A stretch of 48,239 nucleotides of DNA from an uncultured Caulobacteraceae bacterium. Its GTDB lineage: Bacteria; Pseudomonadota; Alphaproteobacteria; Caulobacterales; Caulobacteraceae. The notes beneath the pieces were generated by a model. The model searched no databases. It was not told the origin of the DNA and saw nothing but the letters and a program-made list of their open reading frames with translations. Location: assembly GCA_937890965.1 (NCBI GenBank), contig CALAEG010000487.1:1-48239 (forward strand). Reading direction: 5' to 3'. Shown here in pieces: positions 47,364 through 48,239 of this stretch (its first letter is position 1; every line of letters begins with the position of its first letter). The position numbers were made by a program, and so were the translations under genes.

Positions 47364-48166
47364 GCGCCGAGCCTGACAGCGGCATCCCGCCGCCGCCGGT
47401 AAAGCCACTCGTCCAGCGGCTGATCGACCTGGTCCTCTGGGGCGGGATCGCGATTGTGCTGATCGCCAGCATCGGTCCGGTGGAGTTGCGCCGACTGCCG
47501 CTGATCTTCACCAACTCCGCCAATACGCAGGATTTCGGGCGTGACTTCTTCAACCCGGACTTCAGCCAGTGGCGCGTCTATGTCGTCCAGATGTGGCTGA
47601 CGGTGCAGATGGCGCTCTGGGGCACGGTGCTGGCCATGCTGATCGCCATTCCGCTGGGACTGGCGGCGGCGCGCAACGTCTCGCCGGTGTGGATCCAGCA
47701 GCCCGTGCGCCGGCTGCTGGACGTGCTGCGCTCGGTCCCCGACCTGGTGATCGGCATCGCCTTCATCGTCGCCGTCGGGGTCGGACCGCTGGCCGGCGTC
47801 ATGGCGCTGGCGATCAATACCGGCGGGGTCCTTGGCAAGCTCTTCTCCGAAGCGGTGGAAACCGTCGCGCCGGGGCCGGTCGAGGGCGTCCGCGCCACGG
47901 GCGCCACGCGCTTGCAGGAAATCGTTTGGGGGGTCCTGCCCCAGGTCGCGCCGCTGTGGACCAGCTATGGGCTCTATCGCTTCGAATCCAACGCGCGCTC
48001 GGCGACGGTGCTCGGCCTGATCGGCGCCGGCGGGATCGGTCAGCTGCTGTTCGAATCCCTGCAGGCGTTCCGCTTCAGCGAAACCTCCGCCATGGTCATC
48101 GTGATCGTCGCCGCCGTGACCCTCATCGACCTGCTGTCGCAGGTCATGCGCAGCCGGCTGATCTGA
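47360..48166 (+). CDS. phnE: Phosphonate ABC transporter permease
   Basis: GVGPLAGVMALA, GKLFSEAVE, GPVEGVRATGA, YRFESN.R.ATVLGLIGAGGIG. Confidence 0.95.
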   Translation: MSAEPDSGIPPPPVKPLVQRLIDLVLWGGIAIVLIASIGPVELRRLPLIFTNSANTQDFGRDFFNPDFSQWRVYVVQMWLTVQMALWGTVLAMLIAIPLGLAAARNVSPVWIQQPVRRLLDVLRSVPDLVIGIAFIVAVGVGPLAGVMALAINTGGVLGKLFSEAVETVAPGPVEGVRATGATRLQEIVWGVLPQVAPLWTSYGLYRFESNARSATVLGLIGAGGIGQLLFESLQAFRFSETSAMVIVIVAAVTLIDLLSQVMRSRLI

Positions 48167-48177
48167 TTTGGAATCCG

Positions 48178-48204
48178 CTCATCCCCGCGAAAGCGGGGAC
48201 CCAG
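48178..48204. repeat. REP-like palindromic element / terminator hairpin
   Basis: CTCA-TCCCCGC-GAAA-GCGGGGA-CCCAG followed by GCGTTTTT after phnE. Confidence 0.65.
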
Positions 48205-48239
48205 GCGTTTTTGCTGGAAACGCGGCGCTCTAGGATAAA

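Noticed and set aside
1-48239. CRISPR arrays, tRNA/rRNA, transposases, integrases, phage or defence genes
   Set aside because: No regularly spaced repeats, cloverleaf patterns or diagnostic protein motifs found by manual reading

Overview
GC-rich alphaproteobacterial chromosome segment. Gene content and order (mutL-DUF3035-lspA-ileS, a kidO-like aldo/keto reductase, ornithine decarboxylase beside a deoxyhypusine-synthase-like gene and phnCDE) point to Caulobacteraceae by inference. It holds about 48 CDS: housekeeping genes (mutL, ileS, lspA, rsmD), two tandem secreted S9 peptidases, a duplicated alpha/beta hydrolase flanking a small accessory block, a cobalamin riboswitch with btuB, a Moco biosynthesis cluster (moaADE, a rhodanese fragment, moaBC, moeA, mocA, xdhC) next to an IorAB-type molybdoenzyme, a general-stress-response module with EcfG/SigT promoters, a polyamine operon and phnCDE. 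No rRNA, tRNA, CRISPR, transposase or phage gene was seen. The most interesting signals are non-coding or below the ORF cut-off: (1) an 8-codon uORF (MSEAVRKA) that base-pairs with the start region of an orphan YjhX/TopAI-family gene, resembling the E. coli toiL-topAI antibiotic-sensing leader; (2) a probably leaderless uORF with a nested hairpin ahead of ileS; (3) a structured leader on ornithine decarboxylase; (4) a palindromic, possibly bidirectional EcfG promoter; (5) a rhodanese half-domain inside the moa operon. All calls are from manual motif reading; no database searches were run.
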